Of a DNA stretch of 64,000 nucleotides, positions 35,750-47,365 are shown piece after piece. Source of the DNA: Neodothiora populina (lineage: Eukaryota); assembly GCF_041146345.1 (NCBI RefSeq), contig NW_027191402.1, positions 1,054,001 to 1,118,000 of the forward strand. Reading direction: 5' to 3'. Position numbers and translations under genes: made by a program. The notes under the pieces were generated by a model, which was given only the letters and a program-made list of their open reading frames with translations, ran no database searches and was not told where the DNA came from. Position 1 is the first letter of the stretch, and each line of letters opens with the position of its first letter.

Positions 35750-38527
35750 CTAACTCGATTGCAGCGGCTTCTTGGCGGCTCTCATGCCCTGCAATGTGCC
35801 GTCTCTTCCCAGCTTCCGGCCGCATTCCAGCACGATCATCCTGACAAAGTCTTTCAGCAGCCAATACGAGCTGTGCGCTCCCAGCATGGTGAGGTATTGG
35901 ATTTCGAGTGGACCGCCTCCGTATCGCAGCAGAAAATCAATCTGACCATTGTCGTTTAGAAGCAGCATCCGTTTCTCTGCGACGTCTTCGCGGTTGAAGT
36001 CGTGGGTTTCGAGCTCTACATTGCTCGGCAGTCTGGGCAGTTGTTTTCGCAAGTCCGTCTTGTCGCCAGCTTTGTCTTCGGCAGAACCGTAGAACCAACT
36101 GCCCCAGCCTGACGTGGCGGATGGGATCCATGCGGTCTTGAGCACGTGGGCATAAGTGGCATCGACGGCAGCGTTCAGACGGTACGAGACAGGGTCATAG
36201 GGGTTGATGATGTTATAGATGTTGTCGACAGACAGACAGCCATAAGTTCCTTCTTCGCCACAGACCGGGGGCTGGAACAGAGCGTCGTCTGTGCCTGCCT
36301 TGTGTCGACCGGAACGCGGAAGCAACGAGGCTCTCTTGAGCAGAAGGAAAAAGCCAGCAGGGGAACCTGCCAGAAAGAGATTGCTGGTCTTGAAAATGAA
36401 GTGTGGAATAATACCGGATGCGTCGAGGTCTACTTGAGTGGGGTCTTGCAAGGACGCTGGGATATGAGTTGGTTGTTTGGACAGAATGTCGACAGCCATG
36501 ACAGAGCCGAGCGAATGAGCGATAATGTGAACACGACCATGGGTGGAAAATCCAGGGTTGTTGGTGCACCAGAGCTGGTAGATGCGATTGGCCTCTCCAA
36601 TCACAGCGGCGATCATTCTGGGCTGATGATGCGACAGATAATAAGGAATATCGAGCATGACATCGGAGACAATGTTTCGCACAGAAGGCAAAGTCTCAGG
36701 GGTGATGTCTTTGAGCGAGAAATCATTCGAGGTCGGGTCAGGAGGACCATCACGGTAGCCGCCTTCTTCGAAAGACAGACTCTGTCTCCAGTTGACCTGT
36801 CGAGTAGAATCAGTAGCCGTTCCGAATGAACGAATAAAAAGACAGAGACTTACGGGCAAGACCATGATGCCGCCCATGTTCTTTCGCATTTGCGCCTTGA
36901 CACTGTCTGTGCCCAGTTCTACGTTGACTTCTCTCCTGAAGGCGTTGATGGCGTGGGTAAAGTGGAAACTCTCCATGCGCTCACTCAATTTCTGCCCGAT
37001 GCCGTGGATGACAAAAACCAAGTCAGTGACCTGAGGTCTGTGCGAATCGGCGAGATCAGCGTCGTCTTTGGCTCTCCGATGAGGGGGAGCCCCTGACTGT
37101 GAACTCGACACGCCTTCTCTTGCCTTGGCCATTTTGGCGCCTTTCTTGGGTGGGTAGAGCTTGTCCCAGACAGCCTGATCGAAGCCTCGGACGACGGGGA
37201 TGCCGAGTTTGCGACCCTTGCGGATGTAATTCGCCAGGGGACGACGGCCGTAGTACGTGGACGGCTGCAGGTTTGGCTTGACGATATGGGCCTCGGTGGC
37301 ATTTGCGTAGATGACGCCGGCGGTGGGGTAACTCCTGACGGTGCCGTTGTAGCCGTACAATGCAGGGCCTGACGCCTTGTTGTCGGGACCGTCAGCACCG
37401 GTGGAGATGTCTATGATGTCGCACGCTGCTTCGACCACACGTTCCTGCTCTTTCTCGGGAGTCTTGTGCAGTTCGGGAGCGGCGGTAGAAAGGACCTCGA
37501 CCATGTCGTTTCTCGCCGACGACGTTCCTGGCCGGACGCTGTCTTTGCTTCTCGTGGGCCCCGGCCAGAGGCGGTGAACGATCTTCTCTTCGCCGGCGGC
37601 TCCGACTTCGACGGCCGAGTTGAGTTCGTCTGTCCAGGTCTCGGTCCAGGGCTGGAGTTCGACATAGCCCGCCTCGAGCATGTTGGCGACTTTGGTCTCG
37701 ACGGGCAGCATCGTGTCTCTGTAGAACCAGGTGGCGCGCATGACGGGGGCGGTGTCGTTGACAGGTCGCCAATAGATGGGCTCCATCTGCAGGTTCGGCA
37801 TGACGACATGGTGTAACCGACTGATGCCCACGGCAACTCTTGCATCTGGCCCTTGTGTTGAGACTGTCTCTTCCGTTCTCTGTAGTTTATCGTCCCAGTT
37901 GTAGCTGTCGACCAAGTGCGGAGGGGCGGGACGAGTGGTGCGGCGAAAGTCGGTGTTTCTGCGAGAGGGAGCTCGAGCGAATGGTCTGCCTGTCGTGTTT
38001 GGCAGGTCGGCGTCGACGGGCAGAGCAGGACCATCGAGGAAGGAGTTTCTGTTGTCCCAGCTCTTGGAAGTCGCTGCTGCTGCCTCAGGCGCCCGGTAGA
38101 GACTCGACAAGGCAGCAGCGGCAGTTCGGTTGGTCGACGAGGCGTCACTTCTCGACGCTGGTCTTCCTGTTGATAGCAGATCCCTCCTTTTCGCCTTTCC
38201 TTTATTGTTGTTGTTGTTGTTGTTGTCGTCGTCGTCGTGACTTGGCCCAGTTCCATCCGCCTTGTTCTTCTCTCCTCGTTCTTCGTTGTATTTCAAGATT
38301 TCCCTTCTCAGCTCGTGCCATTTCTTGTCCAGTGCCAAGTTGTCGTACTCGGAGAAGGGATGAGGGAGCTGGTTCGTGGGTGCAGAACCCGTCGACACCG
38401 GTGGAGGCAAGGGCGACAGGGGATCATCAATGGTCAGAGTCGAGGTATAGAAGAAGCGAGCATTCGCCGCAGGAGGTGCTTCGTGGTGATGCAGCACCTG
38501 GCGGATGTACTGGTTTGTCGCCGACAT
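35750..38527 (-). CDS. DDHD-domain intracellular phospholipase A1 (Ddl1/YOR022C-like); in-frame intron 36797-36853
   Basis: DLVFVIHGIGQ, VNWR, DIPYYLS, lipase motif AHSLG, GSP, NIINPYDPVSYRL and AHSSYW. Confidence 0.9.
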   Translation of the reverse strand: MSATNQYIRQVLHHHEAPPAANARFFYTSTLTIDDPLSPLPPPVSTGSAPTNQLPHPFSEYDNLALDKKWHELRREILKYNEERGEKNKADGTGPSHDDDDNNNNNNNKGKAKRRDLLSTGRPASRSDASSTNRTAAAALSSLYRAPEAAAATSKSWDNRNSFLDGPALPVDADLPNTTGRPFARAPSRRNTDFRRTTRPAPPHLVDSYNWDDKLQRTEETVSTQGPDARVAVGISRLHHVVMPNLQMEPIYWRPVNDTAPVMRATWFYRDTMLPVETKVANMLEAGYVELQPWTETWTDELNSAVEVGAAGEEKIVHRLWPGPTRSKDSVRPGTSSARNDMVEVLSTAAPELHKTPEKEQERVVEAACDIIDISTGADGPDNKASGPALYGYNGTVRSYPTAGVIYANATEAHIVKPNLQPSTYYGRRPLANYIRKGRKLGIPVVRGFDQAVWDKLYPPKKGAKMAKAREGVSSSQSGAPPHRRAKDDADLADSHRPQVTDLVFVIHGIGQKLSERMESFHFTHAINAFRREVNVELGTDSVKAQMRKNMGGIMVLPVSLCLFIRSFGTATDSTRQVNWRQSLSFEEGGYRDGPPDPTSNDFSLKDITPETLPSVRNIVSDVMLDIPYYLSHHQPRMIAAVIGEANRIYQLWCTNNPGFSTHGRVHIIAHSLGSVMAVDILSKQPTHIPASLQDPTQVDLDASGIIPHFIFKTSNLFLAGSPAGFFLLLKRASLLPRSGRHKAGTDDALFQPPVCGEEGTYGCLSVDNIYNIINPYDPVSYRLNAAVDATYAHVLKTAWIPSATSGWGSWFYGSAEDKAGDKTDLRKQLPRLPSNVELETHDFNREDVAEKRMLLLNDNGQIDFLLRYGGGPLEIQYLTMLGAHSSYWLLKDFVRMIVLECGRKLGRDGTLQGMRAAKKPLQSS

Positions 38528-38574
38528 TGCGAAACATTTTGTTTTGTGTCTGATGAGTTGATGGATTATTGAAA

Positions 38575-38600
<26 letters not shown>
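38575..38600. repeat. (AG)13 microsatellite in the 5' region of the DDHD gene
   Basis: Perfect dinucleotide run. Confidence 0.95.
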
Positions 38601-38607
<7 letters not shown>

Positions 38608-38652
38608 CTTGAAGTCAGTAAAGCAAAGCACAAAAGGGCAACTGCCTGCCTT

Positions 38653-38662
38653 TGACGTCACG
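38653..38662. promoter_or_regulatory. CRE-like palindrome TGACGTCA(CG), candidate ATF/CREB bZIP site
   Basis: Perfect TGACGTCA about 125 bp upstream of the DDHD start codon; the same 10-mer recurs at 39300. Confidence 0.4.
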
Positions 38663-39299
38663 CTTTGTTTCAGGCAGCAGCTGCCGCCGAAAGGGCGACC
38701 CTGTCCTTCTTTTCACTACATCTGAAAAGACACTTCTTGCCTGTCGGTGACACGGATATCCAACTTGTACTTTACAGTCTACAATAGAGTGCCCTGTCTC
38801 TCACCGCTACCACGAGGAATATACGACGTGGACCTAAGCGACGTGCATGAAGCTGCACCTTCTGACGCTTCTGGCTGTTCCATGTGCGTGCAATATCATT
38901 AGACAAGAAAGCCACCTCCAGCCGGGAGCTTACGAGTTCCTTGAGAGACCTCGACAGCATTCAGATCCACTTCGAGGCCGCTCCTTGTACAGTGCTATAT
39001 CGAATTCGTGAATCTGTGGGGAACTCCTCTGCTTGATGGATTTTAGCAGACCTTATGACCGAGGACAATTTCTTTCAATTCATATCTGCAAAGTAAGTTG
39101 AATACTGTTATCCTCAGGATAGAGAACCACGAGCCTAGCAGCAAGAGACAAGACACTTTCGCATGCAAGTCACCAAGCATTGCAAAGATCTAGTGAGATT
39201 CGGGCGGATACCGGTCCGGCGCAATTGAAGAGGTACCTTCCTTGGTACCTGTACCAGAGAGCTGCCTTGACTGAGGTGTTCCACAGAGCGCCCGCCCCC

Positions 39300-39309
39300 T
39301 GACGTCACG
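39300..39309. promoter_or_regulatory. Second CRE-like palindrome TGACGTCA(CG)
   Basis: Lies in the divergent DDHD/GDE1 intergenic region. Confidence 0.4.
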
Positions 39310-39847
39310 ACCGACCCTTCTCGTCTTGTGTTCATCTTGTCCGACAGGCAGATGACTTGGTTGCTAGAAGACAGCTGCCAGGTTGTGAATCAAAGGAGAA
39401 GAGCACCGTGTCCAATCAATCACCGCCCTCAACATTACCGGTACGGTATGCAATCAAAATAACAGGCAGTCTTTATTGCAGCTTCGGAAGGCGACTAACA
39501 AAAAGTACCGCCGCGTTTACCCCAGAAAGGGGACCGGACCCTGTGAATCTCCGTTCTCTCCTCCCTGTAACGACAAAGCGGAAAGCAGTAGCCAACCAAC
39601 GAGAGAAAAGAAAAGCTGCACGCTGCTGTCTCTTGTCTCTTGTCTCTCGTCTCTCGTCCTACCATTTCTCTTCCTCCCTCTCGTCACCCCCCCCCCCGTG
39701 TCACACCAGCAAATCACTCTTTACATAGTTCGAATGGCCACCGAGGCCTCTTTCACTCGTCCTCACCCTTGGTCTTGTCCGAAATCGACTGTTCGATTAC
39801 GTGCTTCTCTTTGACCCGTAAACACTAAGACGTAGACAGGTCTGAAC

Positions 39848-42800
39848 ATGAAGTTTGGCCAGCAATTACCTCGTAATCAGGTGCCGGAATGGGCATCTGC
39901 ATACATCAATTACAAAGGCTTGAAGAAGCTCATCAAGAGCGCTGCTGCTCAGGGCGCTCAGGGAGGCGGTGAAGTTGACCTGGCCGGTTTGTTTTTCTTG
40001 TTTTCTCTCGTCTTTTCCTGCACTGATGCCCATTAAGAGTTCTTTTATGCTCTTGACCGTAATCTCGAAGATGTCGACAGCTTCTACAACCGCAAGTATG
40101 CCGACTTCTCCCGGCGCTTGCGACTGCTTTATGATCGATATGGTCAAGCCACTCATGCACCCGAGGGCACCATCGACAGAGACGAGATGGAGGACCTGAT
40201 GGGCGCCTTGCTCGAGCTGAGAGGCAACTATAGAAACCTCGCGTGGTTCGGCGAGGTCAACCGTCGTGGCTTCACCAAAATCACAAAGAAGCTCGACAAG
40301 AAGATCTCGACATCGTCTTCGCAGTCTAGATATCTGGCGACCAAAGTCGACCCAAAGCCCTTTGCTTCGAACCGCAGGGTCGAGCAAGACATGCGTGCCA
40401 TTAACGATTGGCTCTCGAATCTGGGAGATGTCAAGATCTTTGACGACAATGCATCTGTCACATCGCAAAGCTCTCTGCATCGAGTCTCTTCCAAGTCTGC
40501 GTTGAAGCTGCCGACGAGCACTGTCGATGCTCTGGAGTCTGCAGTGAGGGCCGACGACTCCGATAAACTCAAAGAACTGCTCGATGCTTCCACTCACGAC
40601 TCACAAAGACAACTCGTCCAGAAACTGCTGCTCAACATCCTGCAGCGATCCATCTCGTGCAAGTCGACCGACTCGGTTTCTTTGTTGTTGCCGCAGATTG
40701 ATTCTCTGATTGAAGAGGACGACATGAACAAGCGCAACATTATACATCGACTGATTGTCACCATCGGTCGTGCAAGAGCGTTGGAAGAGAACGGGGCTGC
40801 ATCTGTACCTTCGGGCGAGGCGAAGCCGTTCATCACTGCTGCCGAACTCCCCTCGCGCGTCCCTCAGGCATACAATGTCAAAGAACGTGACCCTGCAAAG
40901 ACACTCGGCAGAAACGATCCCTCGGCCAAACTTCTTGCTCACATTCTCGATCATCTCGAAGAGTCTCAGAGGGGTATCTTGTTGGCGCGCGATAGCTATG
41001 GACGCTTCCCTTTGCATTATTGCGGGCAGTACGGTCTGGTTGCTGCAACCGAAATCATAATCGAAAAGATGCAGCAGTGGGGCCAGTTCGACGTCTCCAA
41101 AGGCATCGACTCGGAAGCATGGCAGGACAACGACGGCTATTCTCCTGTCCATCTTGCTGTCATGAGTGGGCATTACCGAACCACAAAGGCCCTGTTGCGT
41201 GCCGAAGACTGGCATGGCGACACCAGAGGCAAGGTTGCATCGAGAAAATCAGTCGCAAAATCAGGAGCCTCGCTCGCCCTTGCCACCAAAGCCAACTACC
41301 ACAAGATTGTCAAGCTGCTCGTCGAGGCTGATGTCGACATCAACTATCAAGACGATCATGGCGAGACCGCTCTGCATATCGCTGCACGTTTTGGCTTCGA
41401 GGACTGTGCCAAAGCTTTACTCGAAGGTTCAGAAACCCAAAAGCCAGATGTTGAAATCGCAGAAAATGTGTATGGATGGACTCCTCTGTTTATTGCTTGT
41501 GTTGATGGACATGCCGCCATTGTAGAGCTCTTGATCTCTGCCGGTGCCGAAGTCAACAAGCCCGACATCTCTGGTTGGCGTCCTATCGAGCATGCAGCAT
41601 TGAGAGGTCATCTTGACATTTCCGAGAAGCTGCATGGTATCGCAAAACTCGAACCGCCTTCTCCTCGTCTTCGTCCACAGACGACTGGCGCACCTGGTGG
41701 TACCACAGCGTCCATCGGCGAACGGAGATCGAAAGGCTCGAACGGGAGCGGACGTCCACAGGAGCCAGCCATCAAGACTTTTGGTCATCGTTATCTTACT
41801 GACAAGTCTATGGTACTGGTCAGTCTCGGATCCATGGATGCACGAAAAGGTGTGCCCGCCGTCAGCTTGGATAGCATCCCGTTGACAGACGCCCACGCCA
41901 CTCAGCTTGACACTGCACTCTCGATTGTTGTGACCGCAAGCGGCGCCGAGGGCGAGCCTACGGTCATTGATCTGCCTGTGCAAGAGAACATCAGTACTTC
42001 TCCAATCACTTTCTTGACGGCAGATCCGACCAAGGTCAAGCTCCTTTTCGACATTGTCCCTACCTTTGCGGGCTCCAAAGACAAGATTGTCGGTCGCGGA
42101 GTTGCGATGCTGTCCAGCATCAAGCCCAGCGTCGGATCAAAGAGAATGTTGCTCCAGGGTGACCTGAGTGTGCCCATTGTCGCAGCAGAAACGCTCGACG
42201 TTCTCGGATCGGTCAACTTCAACTTCTTGATCATCACACCTTTCAAGCACCCTCATATGAGCATCTCGGAAAACCAGACTTACTGGAAGAGTAATTCCAC
42301 CGTAGTCATCGGACACCGCGGTCTCGGCAAGAACCAAGCCAGTCTCAAGTCTTTGCAACTCGGCGAGAACACAATTCAGTCTTTCATTACTGCTGCAAAC
42401 TTGGGTGCTTCCTATGTCGAGTTCGATGTCCAGCTTACCAAAGACATGGTTCCGGTCATCTATCACGATTTTCTGGTCTCGGAGACTGGTGTTGACGTGC
42501 CCGTTCACAACCTCACTCTGGAACAATTTCTTCATGTCAGTGAAGGTCAGACACCTCGTGCATCTCGTCCACCTTCACCAAAAGAGAACGTCCCTGGTGA
42601 TAAACGTTCTCGGCCAGGTCGTTCTTATTCTGTCGGTGGTCCTGTTGGTGGAGCAGACGACTTGTCCGAGCGAATGAAACATACACGAGATTTCAAAGAA
42701 AAGGGTTACAAAGGCAACAGTAGAGGCAATTTTATCCAAGAGCCTTTTACCACTCTCGAAGAAATGTTTAGAAAGCTAGAGCCTCACATTGGATTCAACG

Positions 42801-43445
42801 TTGAGCTGAGTAAGTCTGCTTTTCTCATCGCATCAACAACATAAAGCTAATCTCAACACAGAATATCCTATGCTGTTCGAATCTCAAGAACACGACATGG
42901 ACGACTACGCTGTCGAATTGAATTCTTTCGTTGACACTATCCTGGATACGGTCTATACCCACACAGCAAAGGCACCTCGCAACATTATTTTCTCGTCGTT
43001 CAACCCGGATATCTGTTTGTTGCTTTCCTTCAAGCAGCCATCCATTCCTATTTTGTTTTTGAGTGACGCTGGAACAGCTCAAGTCGGAGACATCAGAGCC
43101 TCGTCACTACAGGAAGCTATCCGATTCGCGAGCAGATGGAACTTGCTTGGTGTTGTTTCAGCGGCTGAGCCTCTTGTGACTTGTCCGCGCCTGGTCAGAG
43201 TCGTCAAGGAATCTGGTCTTGTCTGTGTTTCCTACGGCACTTTGAACAATGTTAACAAGAACGTCGAGCTCCAGGCCAACGAGGGCATCGACGCAGTCAT
43301 TGTCGACAGTGTGCTTGCCATCCGTAAAGGATTGACCGACGTTCAAAAGGCCAAGATTGCGGGTGATGGCGCTTCGACACCAATCAGCGAGGATGGCGAA
43401 GTTCTCAAGAAGGATCTTGTCGCGGTCAATGGTACCGTTGTTTGA
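39848..43445 (+). CDS. GDE1: Glycerophosphocholine phosphodiesterase (SPX + ankyrin + GDPD); introns 39987-40037 and 42810-42861
   Basis: SPX start MKFGQQL..YINYKGLKKLIK, ankyrin repeats (GETALHIAA, GWTPLFIAC), and GDPD motifs IGHRGLG, EFDVQLTKD and IIFSSFNPD. Confidence 0.95.
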
Positions 43446-44694
43446 TCTGATACGGGTCATCGTATCGAGGCAAAGGTTTGGTTTATATAGAGCATTCAGC
43501 TATCCATTCTGATCGGAGTCATCTTTTCGCCATCCAATGGCTCAATCCAATCTCACCGGGCATCTGGTCTCAACACCTCCCGGCTTGTCTCTCTCTTAGT
43601 CTCTCCTTCCCGCCATTGCGATTGCCTGGATTGCACCATTCTGTGCACTGATCCTAGGTCTAGGTCTTTATTCATCACGGACCTCAATGCGTAAGTTTCC
43701 AGCTGGACAGGAAGACTCTTTCCAGCTCTCAAGGTACTGCATTATCGCCAGATATGACTTTAGTGCGTCCATGCGTCGACGCGAAAACTACGACTCAGAT
43801 GGAATGTGGTATCTTTGCCGAAATTGCTGGCGCTGATATAGCTCCCCCCACCCCGCACCATGTGTCCTGATCTGCTGATCCCCCAAAACCATATACGGGA
43901 GATCTACTTCTACTATTTTATACGAATCCTATCAATATACTTAAAAATTCTGCTTCTAACATCAAACGATTGATATTGTTATTGATATACTCGTTATTCT
44001 CTGGTCAGTAAGCAACGGCTCACCTTCTCCACAAACAAGTGGCACGGTCGGGGTTTCCTCCACTTCAATTTAACTAACGTTTGGCCGGGCTGGCATTTTT
44101 GAAGCGGACGGCTGTGGCTTTTTACAGCTTACCCAACTTCGCTCGTTCCTTGGCTTCCACTACTGGCTATACCAGACACCTCGAGACTCTCCAATGTGGC
44201 TGATAAGAACGAAGTCCAAGAATACATCTCATCTCCTCTTTTCGCCCACTCCGTGATGGCTGGCGCTACCATCTCAAGAGCAGCTGAGAGCAGTATACCT
44301 TTTCGTCTATTCTTGCAATGAGTATCTTCCGTTTTACGCCTACACCTGACTCTGGGGATTGCGAACATGGAGATGGCTTTGATGCTTGACATGTTCAGCG
44401 AACCCTTCGCAAATTCGCATCCCCCGGGATGGTTCTCCGAATGGTGCCACAACACCGCACGCCGAGATGGTAAGTCAGCCAAGAATGACTGTAGTGAACA
44501 ATGGTCCCTCCGAGGGCATCCTCCTCGATACATACATATACTGTGGTTACAAAACGCCTGCTCTCTTCATCTTTTCTCTTCCGACCCTTCGTCCACTCTT
44601 CTCATACAGGAAGCGTGTGCTACGCTTCTGTCCACGGTCCGAGATACCACAAAATCTCCTCACTCTTTTGCATTCTTAACTAGTATATACGAAA

Positions 44695-47365
44695 ATGGGG
44701 TTTCTTACTCATCTTACACCGAACGGGGTGAGAAGTGCGGCACCTCCTAAACTTTCATTGGGTTCGTTCGATGAGAAAGACACGGTTCCAATGGCGAGTG
44801 CAGTCACACCCACAAGTCTTCTCTCTCCCGCATTGTCGTTTGCTGGATCGAATGATGCAAGGAGCATTATATCCGACTCTCCGAGTATCCGATCCGAGAT
44901 GTTGGTCAGTCGGATTTACCAGCAACAGATGGAACTCTTATGGAATTATGGAGGTACAGACGAGGGAGTGATCGTCAAGCAATCTCCCGGTTGTCACGCC
45001 TGCTACCCTTCCGGCCATTTCTTCGATTCTGTCAAGGCTCTTGGTGTCAGGTGCGCCATGACTGTCAACAGTCGAGTCATTCGGTTGTTTCTCCATAGCA
45101 ATCCTGCAGCGAGTCATGTGCCTCTGAAGAACGGCCTTCGAGTGCAAGTTATTCCAGACCTGACTTGTTTGCCAGTGGCCCAACGCCATCACTTTGCAGC
45201 GTTCATTGCGGATAGGCAGCTCTTGGTTGTTTGGGACGACGAACCGAAATATCTCATCAAACGAGCCAAGAATGTCCAGCTTTCGCTCATGGATGTCATG
45301 TGGCCTGAAGAAGGAGAAGAAGAAGAAGAAGAAGAAGAAGAAGAAGAAGAAGAGGACGTCTTCAGCAAAGAAAAAGAAATTGTGGTCAACGTCGACGAAG
45401 TCAGCAACGATGGGTCATCGTACATCGAAGCTCAAGAATCGGAACCGCCACGTCGTATAGTCCTCAACCAGGCGATCTTGACTGCTTTCTCGTTGTGTCT
45501 CTGCACGGTGTCCATCGGTGCCGGATACGCGCAGATTGCAAAAGAGATATACGTCGACGGCGATTATTCTCGACTTGCATTTGTCGCTGCGCTGCCAGCA
45601 CAGATCTGGTTGTCTCTGTTTTTCTTCCAAGCTCTTTGTGGCAACGTCGCTCAAGTCATCGGTCCAATCAATCAAGTGAACCAGAACTCGAAAACTTATT
45701 CGGGCATCGCCCCGGCACGCCGTCTGAATAGATCAAAAGGGCCACTGCCGCATGTGACTGTTGAAATCCTAGTGTACAAAGAAGGACTTGCAGCAGTGGT
45801 CGAACCGACTGTCCACTCGATTAAAGCTGCAATCTCAACCTACGAAATGCAAGGCGGTTCAGCCAACATTTTTCACCAATGACGATGGCATGCACTTGCT
45901 CTCGCAAGAAGAAGCACAAGCCAGACAAGAATTCTACGACGAACACAATATCGGATGGGTAGCTCGACCTCGACATGATCCGCGAGGCGAACACGGGGCT
46001 CCTTTCATTCGTCGTGGTAAATTCAAGAAGGCCTCGAACATGAATCATGCGTTGTGGATCAGCAACAGAATCGAAGAGAAGCTACTGCAGGTTCAGCGAT
46101 CGTTCTCGTGGACACAACAAGATGAAGCGCGCGTGTATGGTGAGGCTCTCATCGCAGTCGTCAACGAAGACAACGGACGCACGTGGGCGGATGGCAATAT
46201 CCGTATTGGGGATTATTTGCTTCTGATCGATTCCGACACCAGGGTTCCGGCGGATTGTTTTCTTGATGCGGTGACGGAAATGGAACAGTCGCCACAAGTT
46301 GCAATCATCCAAATGAATTCCGGAGTCATGAATGTCACGTCGTCGTTTTTCGAAAATGGCATCACTTTTTTCACGAATTTGGTATACACCCAGATCAAGT
46401 ACGCCGTCGCCAATGGAGACGTCGCGCCCTTTGTCGGACATAATGCGATCATCAGATGGTCGGCAGTGCAATCCATCGGCTACGAAGACGAAGACGAACG
46501 CGAAAAGTTCTGGTCCGAGTCTACAGTATCGGAAGACTTTGACATGGCTTTACGACTGCAGGCTGCCGGATACGTCTTGGGCTATGCATCATATCTCGGC
46601 GAAGGCTTCAAAGAAGGCATCTCGTTGACCATCTATGACGAATTGGCTAGATGGGAAAATAACGCTTACGGCTGCAACGAGTTGATATGTCATCCCTTGC
46701 GATACTGGTTCACCCGTGGACCGTTCACGCCACTTTTCTGTCGATTCATCATGTCGGACATGTCCATCCCTTCGAAGATCACCATTATGGCCTACGTAGG
46801 GACTTATTACGCCCTAGGTTCATCCTGGATCTTAACGCTGATGAATTATTTCTTGATCGGCTGGTTTAACGGTTGGCTCGACCACTACTACCTCGACTCC
46901 TTCAGAGTTCATTTCTCGATTATCGTCGTCTTCACCGCACTAGGAAATTTCGCTCTCGCCATCCTGAGGTACAGAATCGCAGAACAGCCTCTTCTGCGCG
47001 CATTATGGACAAACCTCAAATGGATTCCCCTCGTGACTATCTTTCTTGGCGGCATCTCCGCCCACGTGTCTCAGGCGCTGCTATCCCACATGCTCGGCAT
47101 CGACATGAACTGGGGCGCGACAAGCAAAGAAGCGACCAGCACGACCTTCTTCGACGAAGTGCCGCGCGTGATCGAAAGCTTCAAGTTCACTTTCGCCGGC
47201 TGTCTTGTTTTGGCTGTCGTCCTGGGTTTGTTGGCTAGTGATGTGGTGCCAGAATTCTGGAGGATCCAGCTGCTGCCGGCGATTTATCCGCTTGCGTCGA
47301 CGATGGTGTGCCATTTCTTGCTGCCGATCGCGTCGAATCCATCGTTGATGCTGTTTACTTGGTGA
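44695..47365 (+). pseudogene. Fungal GT2-family membrane glycosyltransferase split by a 1-nt frameshift at about 45870 (pseudogene or assembly error)
   Basis: Two overlapping ORFs form one GT2 protein: VYKEGL, NDDG, KKASNMN, IDSDTR, FVGHNA, SEDFD and ELARWE. Deleting one T from the T5 run at 45869-45873 restores ANIFTNDDG. Confidence 0.78.
45316..45351 (+). repeat. (GAA)12 trinucleotide repeat encoding poly-Glu in the GT2 gene
   Basis: Perfect triplet run. Confidence 0.95.

Noticed and set aside
39734..39814. 26-codon uORF ahead of GDE1
   Set aside because: An acceptor-like sequence (CACTAAG..GACAG, ending 39839) suggests it lies in a 5'-UTR intron; this cannot be resolved without transcripts.
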